DNA of 64,000 bases from an uncultured Candidatus Rokubacteria bacterium (lineage in GTDB: Bacteria; Methylomirabilota; Methylomirabilia; Rokubacteriales; CSP1-6). The position numbers and the translations under genes are program-made. The stretch is from the NCBI GenBank assembly GCA_963754315.1, contig CAVWFS010000020.1, positions 1 to 64,000 of the forward strand, written 5' to 3'. The notes under the pieces were generated by a model. It was not told where the DNA came from and did not search any database. It saw nothing but the letters and a program-made list of their open reading frames with translations. The stretch's first letter is position 1. Each line of letters starts with the position of its first letter. Shown here in pieces: positions 21,030-29,610 of this stretch.

Positions 21030-21482
21030 TCAGCGTCCCTGCAGCTCGGCCTGCAGCGCCTGGGCGAACTTCTCGGTGATTTCCTTCGACTTCGAGGCGA
21101 TGGCCTTGTGGCCGAGCGCGCCCAGCATCCCGCCGACGGCCATCTCCGAGGTGAGCGTCACGCGGGTGCCGCCCTCCGGCGTCGCCTCGAAGTCGACGCG
21201 GTCCTTCGAGCGGAGGTTGCCGATGGCGCCCTTCACGCTCTTGCCGACGGACGAGAGCGCCAGCGACTTGAGCGGATCCTTGCGCTCGATCTGCGTCGCC
21301 ATCTCGAAGGTGGCAGAGATGAAGCCCACCTTCTGGGTGGCGAGCACCTTGTAGCGGTCGGGTCCCAGCACGTCGACCGACTGCACGCCAGGGACACAGC
21401 GCGCCACCCGCTCGATGTCCTCGAAGAACTTCCACACCGTCGCCGGCGGCGCGTCGACGGTGAACGTCTCCTGGATCTGCAT
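21030..21482 (-). CDS. CoxG/SRPBCC family protein
   Basis: FTVDAPPATVWKFFEDIERVARCVPG, GGMLGALG; AAAGGA SD. Confidence 0.9.
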   Translation of the reverse strand: MQIQETFTVDAPPATVWKFFEDIERVARCVPGVQSVDVLGPDRYKVLATQKVGFISATFEMATQIERKDPLKSLALSSVGKSVKGAIGNLRSKDRVDFEATPEGGTRVTLTSEMAVGGMLGALGHKAIASKSKEITEKFAQALQAELQGR

Positions 21483-21632
21483 CTCCTATCCTTTCGCCTG
21501 CACGTCGACGAGCGCGCGCCAGATCGACTCGGCCGTGACGGCAGGCGGTCCAGCTCCACGCCGAACGGCGCCAGCGCGTCGCAGACGGCATTCGTGAGGG
21601 CGGCGGCGGCCGCGATGGTGCCTCCTTCGCCC
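21428..21632. repeat. Direct repeat copy A: coxG 5' end, intergenic, and Mo-subunit 3' end
   Basis: Near-identical to 23274-23541 (acttccacaccgtcgccggcggcgcgtcgac...cagctccacgccgaacggcgccagcgcgtcgcagacggcattcgtg). Confidence 0.9.
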
Positions 21633-21756
21633 CGGCCAGCTGCCGAGGGCGTGCCCCGGCGGTGCGGAAGGCGCGTCGCCGATATGCCTGATCAGGCAGT
21701 GGCGGGCGTGGGGCCTCGAGCCCGCCGCCCACCCGTTCGCGACGCCTTCAGCCGGG

Positions 21757-22373
21757 GTGGCATATGTGACGTTCCTCCGCCGGGATAGTGACGCGCTGCG
21801 GCACGCACGGGGGCTGATGACCCTGAGCCGTGAACAGCGCCTCGACTTCTGGGTTCCCTACGCGGGCGGCGTGCTCGGGCGGCTCCTGAGCGACATGGGC
21901 CGGGGTGTGGAGGGCCTCGCCGAAGCCGAGGGGGGCTCGCCATCAGCAGCGCCATGGGCACCGCGTTCTTCCGGACCTATGTCCTTGGGCTCACCGCCGA
22001 GATCCAGGCCGACCTGGGGCGCCTCCCCGAGGCCCTCGAGACGATCGACCGCGCCCTCGTGCTGGCTGACGATCACCACGAGAGGGCGTTCGAGCCCGAG
22101 CTGCACCGGATCCGTGGCGAGCTCCTCTTGCTGCGGCCGGATCCGGACCTCGCGGAGGCCGAGACGGTCTTCCGGCGGGCGATCGACATCGCCCGCTCCC
22201 AAGGCGCCCGCTCGTGGCAGTTGAGGGCGGCGATCAGCCTAGCGCGGCTGCTCGGGCGCCACGGGAGCAGCGAGGAGGCGCGTGGACTCCTGGGCGCAAT
22301 CTACGCTTCGTTCACCGAAGGCTTCGAGACAGGCGACCTCCGGGAGGCGAGGGAGCTGCTCGATCGACCGTGA
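21757..22373 (+). pseudogene. C-terminal TPR fragment of a cyclase/AAA-ATPase-type protein, frameshifted
   Basis: ELHRIRGELL, AETVFRRAIDIARSQGARSWQLRAAISLARL, YASFTEGFETGDLREARELL; no N-terminal domains present. Confidence 0.75.
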
Positions 22374-22517
22374 CGGGAACGCGACCGCGCACATTGCTGG
22401 TATCGTCCCCTCGGTCAGCGAGGCCGGCTTTGAGCACGCTGTCGAGATCATGTTCGAGAGACGCCGGGTTCTTGCCCTCGTCGAGCATTGCACGATATGG
22501 CCGGCAGCCGGTGCTTG

Positions 22518-23096
22518 CTACGGGAGCAGATTAGCGACGGCGATCTCCGCTCCCGGGGCCGCCAGCGGGGAGATGCGTTCGTCGGGGCCGAGGGTGACCG
22601 AGCGTCCGTAGCGCCAGCCGAAGGATGCCGCGCCATCCGGCACGGGCTCGCGGTAGATCTCGACGCGCCGATCCGGAAGATTGACAATCCAGTAGTCCGT
22701 GATACCCGCCCGGGCATAGAGACTGCCCTTGTGCTCGCGGTCGAAACCGAGGCGTGACAGCGACACCTCGACGATCAGTACCGGACGCTCGGGGTGCGCA
22801 TCGCGGTAATCGCGCGGATCGCCCCGCACAACGCAGACATCAGGCTCCGGCTCCGAATCCCCGGCGAGGGCAATGGGAAGCTGGGGCCGCACGCTCCAAC
22901 CCGGGCCGAATGCGCGGTCAAGAGTACGCTGGACGAGCTGGATCGCCGTCGCGTGAGGGCTGTACTGCGGCTCCTTGACGATCATCTGGCCGCCGAGCAG
23001 CTCGATCCGGTCCTCCGGCCCGAGAATCTCGGCCTTCACCAGTCGGTCGTATTCCAGCCGTGTCCACTTCCGCGTGCCGATCGCCGGTTCACCCAT
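22518..23096 (-). CDS. Uma2 family (PD-(D/E)xK) endonuclease
   Basis: RIELLGGQM, SEPEPDVCVV, LIVEVS, KGSLYARAGITDYWIVNL. Confidence 0.92.
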   Translation of the reverse strand: MGEPAIGTRKWTRLEYDRLVKAEILGPEDRIELLGGQMIVKEPQYSPHATAIQLVQRTLDRAFGPGWSVRPQLPIALAGDSEPEPDVCVVRGDPRDYRDAHPERPVLIVEVSLSRLGFDREHKGSLYARAGITDYWIVNLPDRRVEIYREPVPDGAASFGWRYGRSVTLGPDERISPLAAPGAEIAVANLLP

Positions 23097-23190
23097 GCTC
23101 CGCCATCTCCACTGTTCCTGAGGGTATCGGCGGCCTATGCCTGGGTCAATGCCTCCGTTCGGATACATTGCCGCCGCTTGCGCATGCGAG

Positions 23191-23238
23191 CTACTCGATG
23201 ACCTGGTCCGCGCGGAGGAAGAGCGACTGCGGGATAGT
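23191..23238 (-). pseudogene. Orphan C-terminal stub of an ABC_sub_bind family gene
   Basis: Reads TIPQSLFLRADQVIE*; compare the paralog end LTIPPKMLLAATKLIE at 54266. Confidence 0.6.
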
Positions 23239-23273
23239 GTTTCCACTTCTGAAGGGTGAACTGGGCATTCCCG

Positions 23274-23541
23274 ACTTCCACACCGTCGCCGGCGGCGCGT
23301 CGACAGTGAACGTCTCCTGGATCTGCATCGCCTATCCTTTCATCGGAGCGGGTGCTCGCCTCGAAGCGTGGGTGGCCTGTTCGAGGTGCGCGGGGCTCCG
23401 TTCGCGCGCGCCTCGACGAGCGCACGCCAGATTGACTCGGCCGTGACGGGCAGGCGGTCCAGCTCCACGCCGAACGGCGCCAGCGCGTCGCAGACGGCAT
23501 TCGTGATGGCGGCGGCGGCCGCGATGGTGCCGCCCTCCCCC
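23274..23541. repeat. Direct repeat copy B, with about 60 extra palindromic bases
   Basis: Matches 21428-21632; contains a truncated coxG start MQIQETFTVDAPPATVWK. Confidence 0.9.
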
Positions 23542-25739
23542 ACGCCCTTGATGCCAAACGGCGTCACCGGTGACGGCGTCTCCAGGTGGTCCAGCTCGAA
23601 GGCCGGCAGATCCGCCGCCGTCGGCATGAAGTAGTCGACCATCGTCCCGTTGACGAGCTGTCCCGTCGCCGGATCGTAGACCAGCTCCTCGAACAGCGCG
23701 GCGGCAATGCCCTGCGCCACCGCGCCCTGCACCTGGCCCTCGACGATCATCGGGTTGACCTGGGTACCGCAATCGTGGACGAGGATGTAGCGCTGCAGGG
23801 CGAACTCGCCGCTGCGCGCATTGACCTCGACCTGCGCGACCACCGTGCCGTAGCCGAACGCCGACGACGGCGGATCGAAGTACGCTGTCGCCTCCAGACC
23901 AGGATCTTCGGCCGGCGGCAGCGGATGGCCCAGGAAGGCCGCCTCGGATACGCGCTGGATCGAGACCTGCACGGAGGGATCGTCGCGGCGGCGGATCACG
24001 CCGGCGGTCGGCTCGAGCGCCGCGGCATTGACGTCGAGGATGTGGCCCGCGATGCGCAGCATCTTGTCTCGGATCTGGCCGGCCGCCTTCTCGATGGCAC
24101 CGGCGCCGGCGATCATCGTGCGGCTCGCGAAGCCGCCCACGCTGTACGGCGTGCCCTGTGAGTCGCCGCGGTGAATCGCGACGTCGGCGGGATCGAGACC
24201 GAGCAGCGAAGCGGCCAGCTGGGCGAAGGTCGTTTCCGTGCCCTGCCCGAACGTCGACACGCCGGTGGAGATGGCGGCGCGCCCGGCCCGGTCCATGCGC
24301 ACGGTCACGCTCTCGTAGGCGCCGAAGCGCGCGCCCGTGCGCCCGAGAAACGCGGAGGACGGATAGCCGGTGAACTCCACGTAGCACGACATGCCGACGC
24401 CGACGTGGCGCCCCTGCTGCCACCACGCCTTCTGGCGCGTGCGGAACGTCTCATAGCCCGCGCGCGAGAGCGCCAGCTCGAGGGCGCGCGCGTAGTCGCC
24501 GCTGTCGTACGTGGCGCCGCTGACGTTCTTGAACGGCAGCTCGTCGGGGCGCAGAAGGTGGCGGCGTCGGAAGTCGGCGGGATCCTGACCCAGCCGACGC
24601 GCCAGCCGGTCGACGAGGACCTCGCGGACGTAGTTCGACTCCGCCTGCCCGTAACCGCGGTAGGCGCCCATGGGCACCTTGTTGGTCAGCACCACGCGGC
24701 GGTGGATCTCGGCGTCGTGGAGCCGATAGGGCCCGCCGAGCATGATGCTGGTCAGCAGCGCCGGCCCGAGCGGCCCGTGGTAGGCGCCGAGATCGACGAG
24801 GTAGCGGTCACGCAGCACGAGCCGCGTCCCGTCACCGTCGGCCCCCAGGGTCAGCGCGTGCACGGCCTCGCGCGCGTGGAAGGCGCCGCGGAAGAATTCC
24901 GTGCGGTCCTCGATCCACTTCACCGGGCGCCGCGTATCGATGGCGACGAGGGCGGCGATGATGTCCTCGGGGTAGACGCCGATCTTGAGGCCGAAGGCGC
25001 CGCCCACGTCAGGGGCGATCACGCGCACGTCCGTCTCATCCATGCGCAGGCAGTGCGCGAGCTGAGCCCGCAGCAGGTGCGGCGTCTGCGTGGAGGCCCA
25101 CAGCTCCAAGGTGCTCGTATCCTCCGCGAAGCGCGCGATCACGCCGCGCGTCTCGATCGGCGCCCCGCTCACCCGGTTGATCCGGAACGTGCCCTCGACG
25201 GTCGCGGCCGCGTCGGCCAGCCGTTGGTCGGGTTCGCCGGCGCGCACGGTCGATTCGACGACGACGTTGCCCGGCACGGTGGCGTGGAGCTGCGGGGCTC
25301 CAGGCCGGAGCGCGTCCTCGACGGTGATGACGTGGGGCAGCGGCTCGTAGTCGATGTCGATCAGCTCGAGAGCGTCCTCGGCCACGTAGCGGTCGACGGC
25401 CGCCACCGCCACGACGGGCTCGCCCTCATAGCGCGCGACGCCGTGGGCCATCCCGTAGAAGACGGTCGGCGCCGAGCCGGGAAACGGGCGAAGGACCGTG
25501 ATCGGCTCCGTCCGCGCCATGACCTGCTCGCCGATGAGCACGGCCTCGACGCCGCTCTGCTCGAGCGCGCGCGTCGTATCGATGCTCCGGATGCGCGCGT
25601 GCGGGTACGGACAGCGGCCGATGGCCAGGTGGAGGGCGAATGTCTCCTCGACGTCGTCGAGGAAGCGGCCGTTGCCGCGGAGGAGGCGGTCGTCCTCCTT
25701 GCGTTTCACGCTGGCGCCGAGCCAGGGGAGCTTATCCAC
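23340..25739 (-). CDS. Xanthine dehydrogenase family molybdopterin-binding subunit (CoxL-like)
   Basis: RKEDDRLLRG, PDVGGAFGLK, AYRGYG, YDSGDY, DCGTQVNP, KGVGEGG. Confidence 0.93.
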   Translation of the reverse strand: MDKLPWLGASVKRKEDDRLLRGNGRFLDDVEETFALHLAIGRCPYPHARIRSIDTTRALEQSGVEAVLIGEQVMARTEPITVLRPFPGSAPTVFYGMAHGVARYEGEPVVAVAAVDRYVAEDALELIDIDYEPLPHVITVEDALRPGAPQLHATVPGNVVVESTVRAGEPDQRLADAAATVEGTFRINRVSGAPIETRGVIARFAEDTSTLELWASTQTPHLLRAQLAHCLRMDETDVRVIAPDVGGAFGLKIGVYPEDIIAALVAIDTRRPVKWIEDRTEFFRGAFHAREAVHALTLGADGDGTRLVLRDRYLVDLGAYHGPLGPALLTSIMLGGPYRLHDAEIHRRVVLTNKVPMGAYRGYGQAESNYVREVLVDRLARRLGQDPADFRRRHLLRPDELPFKNVSGATYDSGDYARALELALSRAGYETFRTRQKAWWQQGRHVGVGMSCYVEFTGYPSSAFLGRTGARFGAYESVTVRMDRAGRAAISTGVSTFGQGTETTFAQLAASLLGLDPADVAIHRGDSQGTPYSVGGFASRTMIAGAGAIEKAAGQIRDKMLRIAGHILDVNAAALEPTAGVIRRRDDPSVQVSIQRVSEAAFLGHPLPPAEDPGLEATAYFDPPSSAFGYGTVVAQVEVNARSGEFALQRYILVHDCGTQVNPMIVEGQVQGAVAQGIAAALFEELVYDPATGQLVNGTMVDYFMPTAADLPAFELDHLETPSPVTPFGIKGVGEGGTIAAAAAITNAVCDALAPFGVELDRLPVTAESIWRALVEARANGAPRTSNRPPTLRGEHPLR

Positions 25740-26223
25740 CGCGCCGCCCCTCGGCCGCCTGGCGCAGGTAGCGCTCGACGGCCTCGACGATGTTCTGGTA
25801 GCCGGTGCACCGGCAGAGATTGCCGGCCAGCTCCTCGCGCAGCGCAGCGCCCTCGAGCGCGACGCCGCGATTGGCCAGCGCGACGGCGCCGAGCAGGAAG
25901 CCCGGCGTGCAGTACCCGCACTGGAGCGCGTGCGCGTCCCGAAACGCCTGCTGCACGGGGTGCAGCTCCCCCCGCCCCGCGAGGCCTTCGACGGTCGTGA
26001 TCGATCGACCGTGCGCCTGGGGCGCCAGCATGAGGCACGACTTCACCGGATCGCCGTCGAGCAGCACGGTGCAGGCGCCGCAGACGCCCTGCTCGCAGCC
26101 GACGTGCGTGCCGTGGAGCTGGAGCTCGTGGCGCAGGAAGTCGACGAGCAGTCGGCGGCTCTCGACGACGCGCTCGTAGGCCCGGCCGTTCACCCGCAGG
26201 GTGACGGTCATCCGCGTGCTCAT
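25732..26223 (-). CDS. 2Fe-2S subunit (CoxS-like)
   Basis: GCEQGVCGACTV...SC, QCGYCTPG, NLCRCTGY. Confidence 0.95.
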   Translation of the reverse strand: MSTRMTVTLRVNGRAYERVVESRRLLVDFLRHELQLHGTHVGCEQGVCGACTVLLDGDPVKSCLMLAPQAHGRSITTVEGLAGRGELHPVQQAFRDAHALQCGYCTPGFLLGAVALANRGVALEGAALREELAGNLCRCTGYQNIVEAVERYLRQAAEGRRGG

Positions 26224-26230
26224 CTTCTTC

Positions 26231-26293
26231 CTGGGGGCCCCGAAATGGCCCCCAGACCCCCCACGCTCGGACACGCCCCGGCCCAGCCGGGGC
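26231..26293. repeat. REP-like double hairpin inside the operon
   Basis: ctgggggcc-ccgaaat-ggcccccag (26231-26255) and gccccggc-cca-gccggggc (26275-26293). Confidence 0.6.
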
Positions 26294-26321
26294 GCGCCTC
26301 GGCAGCTGACACACGAATGTC

Positions 26322-27185
26322 TCATCGACGCCGCCGCGCCAGCTCGTTGAGCGCACGCTCCACGAGGATCGGAACGAGGTGCCGCCGGTACTCGGCGGAG
26401 GCGCGGACGTCCGAGGCTGGCTCGGCCTCCTCCAGGCAGCGCGCCGCCGCCGCCTCGATGTCGGCCCGCTGCAGCCGCGTGCCGGCGAGCCCCTCGGAGG
26501 CGCGGCGCGCGTAGCGCGCGCGGTCGGCGACGGCGCCAAGCCCGATGCGGATCCAGCGCCAGCTCCCGTCGGGCGCGGGCAGGCCGGCGGCGGCCACGCT
26601 GACCACGGCGAAGTCGCCGTGGCGCCGCGCGTGCTCCACGACGACCGCCTCGGTGCCCGCGCCGTCCGGGAACACCACCGCCTCCAGCATCTCGGTCGGC
26701 TCGAGCGCCGTCGTGTACGGTCCCTGGAAGAACGCCTCGGCGTCGAGCTCGCGGCGACCCGCGGGGCCGACGATGCGCAGGCGCGCGCCGAGCGTCACCG
26801 CGCAGAGGGGCATCTCGCCGGCCGGATCGGCGTGGCAGAGCGCGCCGCCGAGCGTGCCGCGGTTACGGATCTGCCGGTCGCCGACGAACGGGACGGCCTT
26901 GGCGAGCAGCGGGACCCGCTCGCGGATCACCGCCGACGCCTCCAGCACAGAGTACCGGGCCAGCGCGCCGACGCGCACCACGCCGTCGCCCGCCTCGATG
27001 CGATCGAGCCCGGGAATCCCGTTGATGTCGATCACCGCCGTCGGCCGCAGCAGCCGCATGTTCAAGAGCGGCACCAGGCTCTGGCCGCCGGCGAGCAATC
27101 GCGCGTTGCCGTCGAAGCGCGCGAGGGCGGCCAGGGCCTCCTCGGCTGTCGCCGCCGCCAGGTACTCGAGCGGGGCCGGCTTCAT
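26322..27185 (-). CDS. FAD-binding subunit (CoxM-like)
   Basis: MKPAPLEY, LAGGQSLVPLLNMR, QIRNRGTLGG, DVRASAEYR. Confidence 0.93.
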   Translation of the reverse strand: MKPAPLEYLAAATAEEALAALARFDGNARLLAGGQSLVPLLNMRLLRPTAVIDINGIPGLDRIEAGDGVVRVGALARYSVLEASAVIRERVPLLAKAVPFVGDRQIRNRGTLGGALCHADPAGEMPLCAVTLGARLRIVGPAGRRELDAEAFFQGPYTTALEPTEMLEAVVFPDGAGTEAVVVEHARRHGDFAVVSVAAAGLPAPDGSWRWIRIGLGAVADRARYARRASEGLAGTRLQRADIEAAAARCLEEAEPASDVRASAEYRRHLVPILVERALNELARRRR

Positions 27186-27198
27186 CCGAGCCTTGCGC

Positions 27199-27476
27199 TC
27201 ATCGTCCGCCGTCGCTGACGCGCCAGCGGAACGGCGCCTTCTGCCCGCGCGTCAGTCGGAGCTGGTAGCGGTAGATGTCGCTCTCGGACAGCTTCGCCCG
27301 TACGTGGCGCGGCAGGTGGTTCGTCGACAGCGAGAAGACCCGATCGCGGAACGCGCGGATGTAGGCCCGTTCGTCGGCATCCGGCATCTCGCCGGTGATG
27401 GCGCGGCGTTGGCCGCACTCCGTGAGCGATGACTTCCCAGCCCCGCCGCCGGCATTCGGTCACCAGCTGCGGGAAG
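27199..27476 (-). pseudogene. Remnant resembling an internal polysaccharide deacetylase segment joined to an unidentified C-terminus
   Basis: FPQLVTECRRRGWEVIAHG...ITGEMPDADERAYIRA across a frameshift; no start region. Confidence 0.45.
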
Positions 27477-27633
27477 CCTGAGCGCGAGCAGTGATGGCGG
27501 CGCCATACCGTCCGCAACGATACAGTGCGCCGCCGTCGGTCGGCAACGGGCAAGCACGCTCCGTCCTCGCGATCCGCAGTACGCTGTGCAACACTACCAT
27601 CGGCTCGCCCCTTGCGAGCCCAGACAACGCGTC

Positions 27634-29541
27634 ATGGACGAAGAGCCCCCGATACAGCGTCGGCTCGCCGCGATTCTGGCGGCCGATATCGCCGGCTACA
27701 GCCGGCTCATGCACGCGGATGAGGCCGCCACCGTGCGCGACCTCAAGGCCCATCAGAGCGTGATCCTGCCGCTGATCGGCCGGCACGGTGGACGGATCAT
27801 CGACACCGCCGGCGACGGCATCCTGGCTGAGTTCCCCAGCGTCATCGGCGCCACCGAGTGCGCGGTCGAGATCCAGACCGTGATGGCCGAGCGCAACGCG
27901 GGGGTGCCTGAGAGTCGCCGCATGCTGTTTCGCATCGGCATCAATCTCGGAGATGTGATCCACGACGAAAACCGAATCTACGGTGACGGCATCAACATCG
28001 CGGCCCGGCTGGAAGCGCTGGCGGAGCCGGGTGGCGTGCTCGTTTCCAATACCGTCTACGATCAGGTCCGCGGCAAGCTGCCCTTCACCTTCGAGGATGT
28101 GGGCCAGCGGCAGGTCAAGAACATCGAGCAGCCCGTGTGGATGTATCGAGTCCACATTCCGGGAGCAGCCTCCAAGGCCGTCGCCACGCCCGTCAGGCGC
28201 CCGGCCCTCACGGACCGCCGGCGTCGGCGTGTGTGGGGCCTGGCCGCCTGTCTCGTTCTCCTCGGGGCGGCTGGAGCGTGGTGGATGGGCTCGCGCTTCC
28301 TTCCAAGTCAGCGACCAGACAGCCCAGAGGCGCCGCGTCTTTCAATCGTCGTGCTGCCCTTCAGGAACCTGAGTGGCGATCCGAGCCAGGACTACTTTGC
28401 CGATGGCATCACCGAAGACCTGACCAGTGATCTGTCGCGCATTGCTGGCAGCTTTGTCATTTCCCGGAACACGGCCTTTACATTCAAGGGCAAGGACGTG
28501 GATGTCCGGCAAATCGGCCGCGAGTTGGGTGTCCGCTATGTGCTGGAGGGCAGCGTACGCCGGATGGGCAGCACCGTCCGCGTCAATGCGCAGCTTATCG
28601 ACGCCGGCACCGGCGCCCATCTGTGGGCCGAGCAGATGGACGTCGATCAGGGGACGTTGACGACGTCCCAGGACAACTTCGGCATCGCGAGCCGCCTGGC
28701 GAGGACGCTCAGTGTCGAGCTCGTCAACGTCGAGGGTCGCCGCGCCCCACGCGCGAACCCGGACGCGGTTGACCTCACCATGCGGGGCTGGTCGATCTTG
28801 AATGCAGCGCCGCAGCAGGACGATGCGAAGAGATCCGTCACGGTGTTCGAAGACGCGCTGCGAATCGATCCGGACAACAGTCAGGCGAGGGTCGGGCTCG
28901 CGCACGCCCTCACGCTCATCCACCGCAATCGCTGGGATCCCGATCGTGCCCTGATCCTCGCCCGTGCCGACGAAGCCGTTACGCGGGCCATCGCTCTCTC
29001 GCCCAACTACGCCCACGCCCACTACGTGAAGGCCGAGGTTCTCGCACTGTCCCGGCGGTTCGACGCTGCGGTGGCGACGTACGACAGGGCCATCGCCCTC
29101 GATCCCAACCATGCGGCGGCGTACGTCGCCCGCGGCCGGAGCCTGATCGCCATGGGGCGCGCCGCGGAGACCGTGGCGCCGGTGGAGAAGGCGATCCGAC
29201 TCAGCCCGCGTGATCCCGATTTGTACATCTGGTACTACGTCCTGTGCCACGCGTATACCCACCTGGCGCGTGACGCGCGGGCCATCGAATGGTGCCTGAA
29301 GTCGACGGCGACCGGTAAGTCGTTCTGGGGCGCCTGGACCGATCTCGCCTCTGCGTATGCCTGGCGCGGGCAGAAAGCCGAGGCGGCGGCGGCGGTTGCG
29401 GAGCTCCTGAAGGTCCGACCAGGCTTCACGGTGGAGCAGCTGGCGCAGGACGGATCGGGGTATTCCGACAATCCGACGTTCCGCAAGGAGTTCGAGCGGA
29501 TTATCGAGGGAGCACGCAAGGCCGGGCTGCCCGAAAGCTAA
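27634..29541 (+). CDS. Class III adenylate/guanylate cyclase with TM, TolB-like and TPR domains
   Basis: RRLAAILAADIAGYSRLM, TAGDG, FRIGINLGDV, GDGINIAARLE, SIVVLPFRNLS, TPR repeats. Confidence 0.93.
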   Translation: MDEEPPIQRRLAAILAADIAGYSRLMHADEAATVRDLKAHQSVILPLIGRHGGRIIDTAGDGILAEFPSVIGATECAVEIQTVMAERNAGVPESRRMLFRIGINLGDVIHDENRIYGDGINIAARLEALAEPGGVLVSNTVYDQVRGKLPFTFEDVGQRQVKNIEQPVWMYRVHIPGAASKAVATPVRRPALTDRRRRRVWGLAACLVLLGAAGAWWMGSRFLPSQRPDSPEAPRLSIVVLPFRNLSGDPSQDYFADGITEDLTSDLSRIAGSFVISRNTAFTFKGKDVDVRQIGRELGVRYVLEGSVRRMGSTVRVNAQLIDAGTGAHLWAEQMDVDQGTLTTSQDNFGIASRLARTLSVELVNVEGRRAPRANPDAVDLTMRGWSILNAAPQQDDAKRSVTVFEDALRIDPDNSQARVGLAHALTLIHRNRWDPDRALILARADEAVTRAIALSPNYAHAHYVKAEVLALSRRFDAAVATYDRAIALDPNHAAAYVARGRSLIAMGRAAETVAPVEKAIRLSPRDPDLYIWYYVLCHAYTHLARDARAIEWCLKSTATGKSFWGAWTDLASAYAWRGQKAEAAAAVAELLKVRPGFTVEQLAQDGSGYSDNPTFRKEFERIIEGARKAGLPES

Positions 29542-29610
29542 CGCGATCTGAGGCGAGAACTGCTGGTCCGCGGCGCGGAGCACGCCGCGTTTGCGGAAGT
29601 TCCGCGGGCC

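Noticed and set aside
22518..23096. Uma2 as part of a restriction or defence system
   Set aside because: Stand-alone gene with no methyltransferase or other partner.
23340..27185. Bona fide aerobic CO dehydrogenase (coxMSL)
   Set aside because: The active-site loop is AYRGYG, not AYxCSFR, and no coxDEF genes are adjacent, so no cox symbols were assigned.
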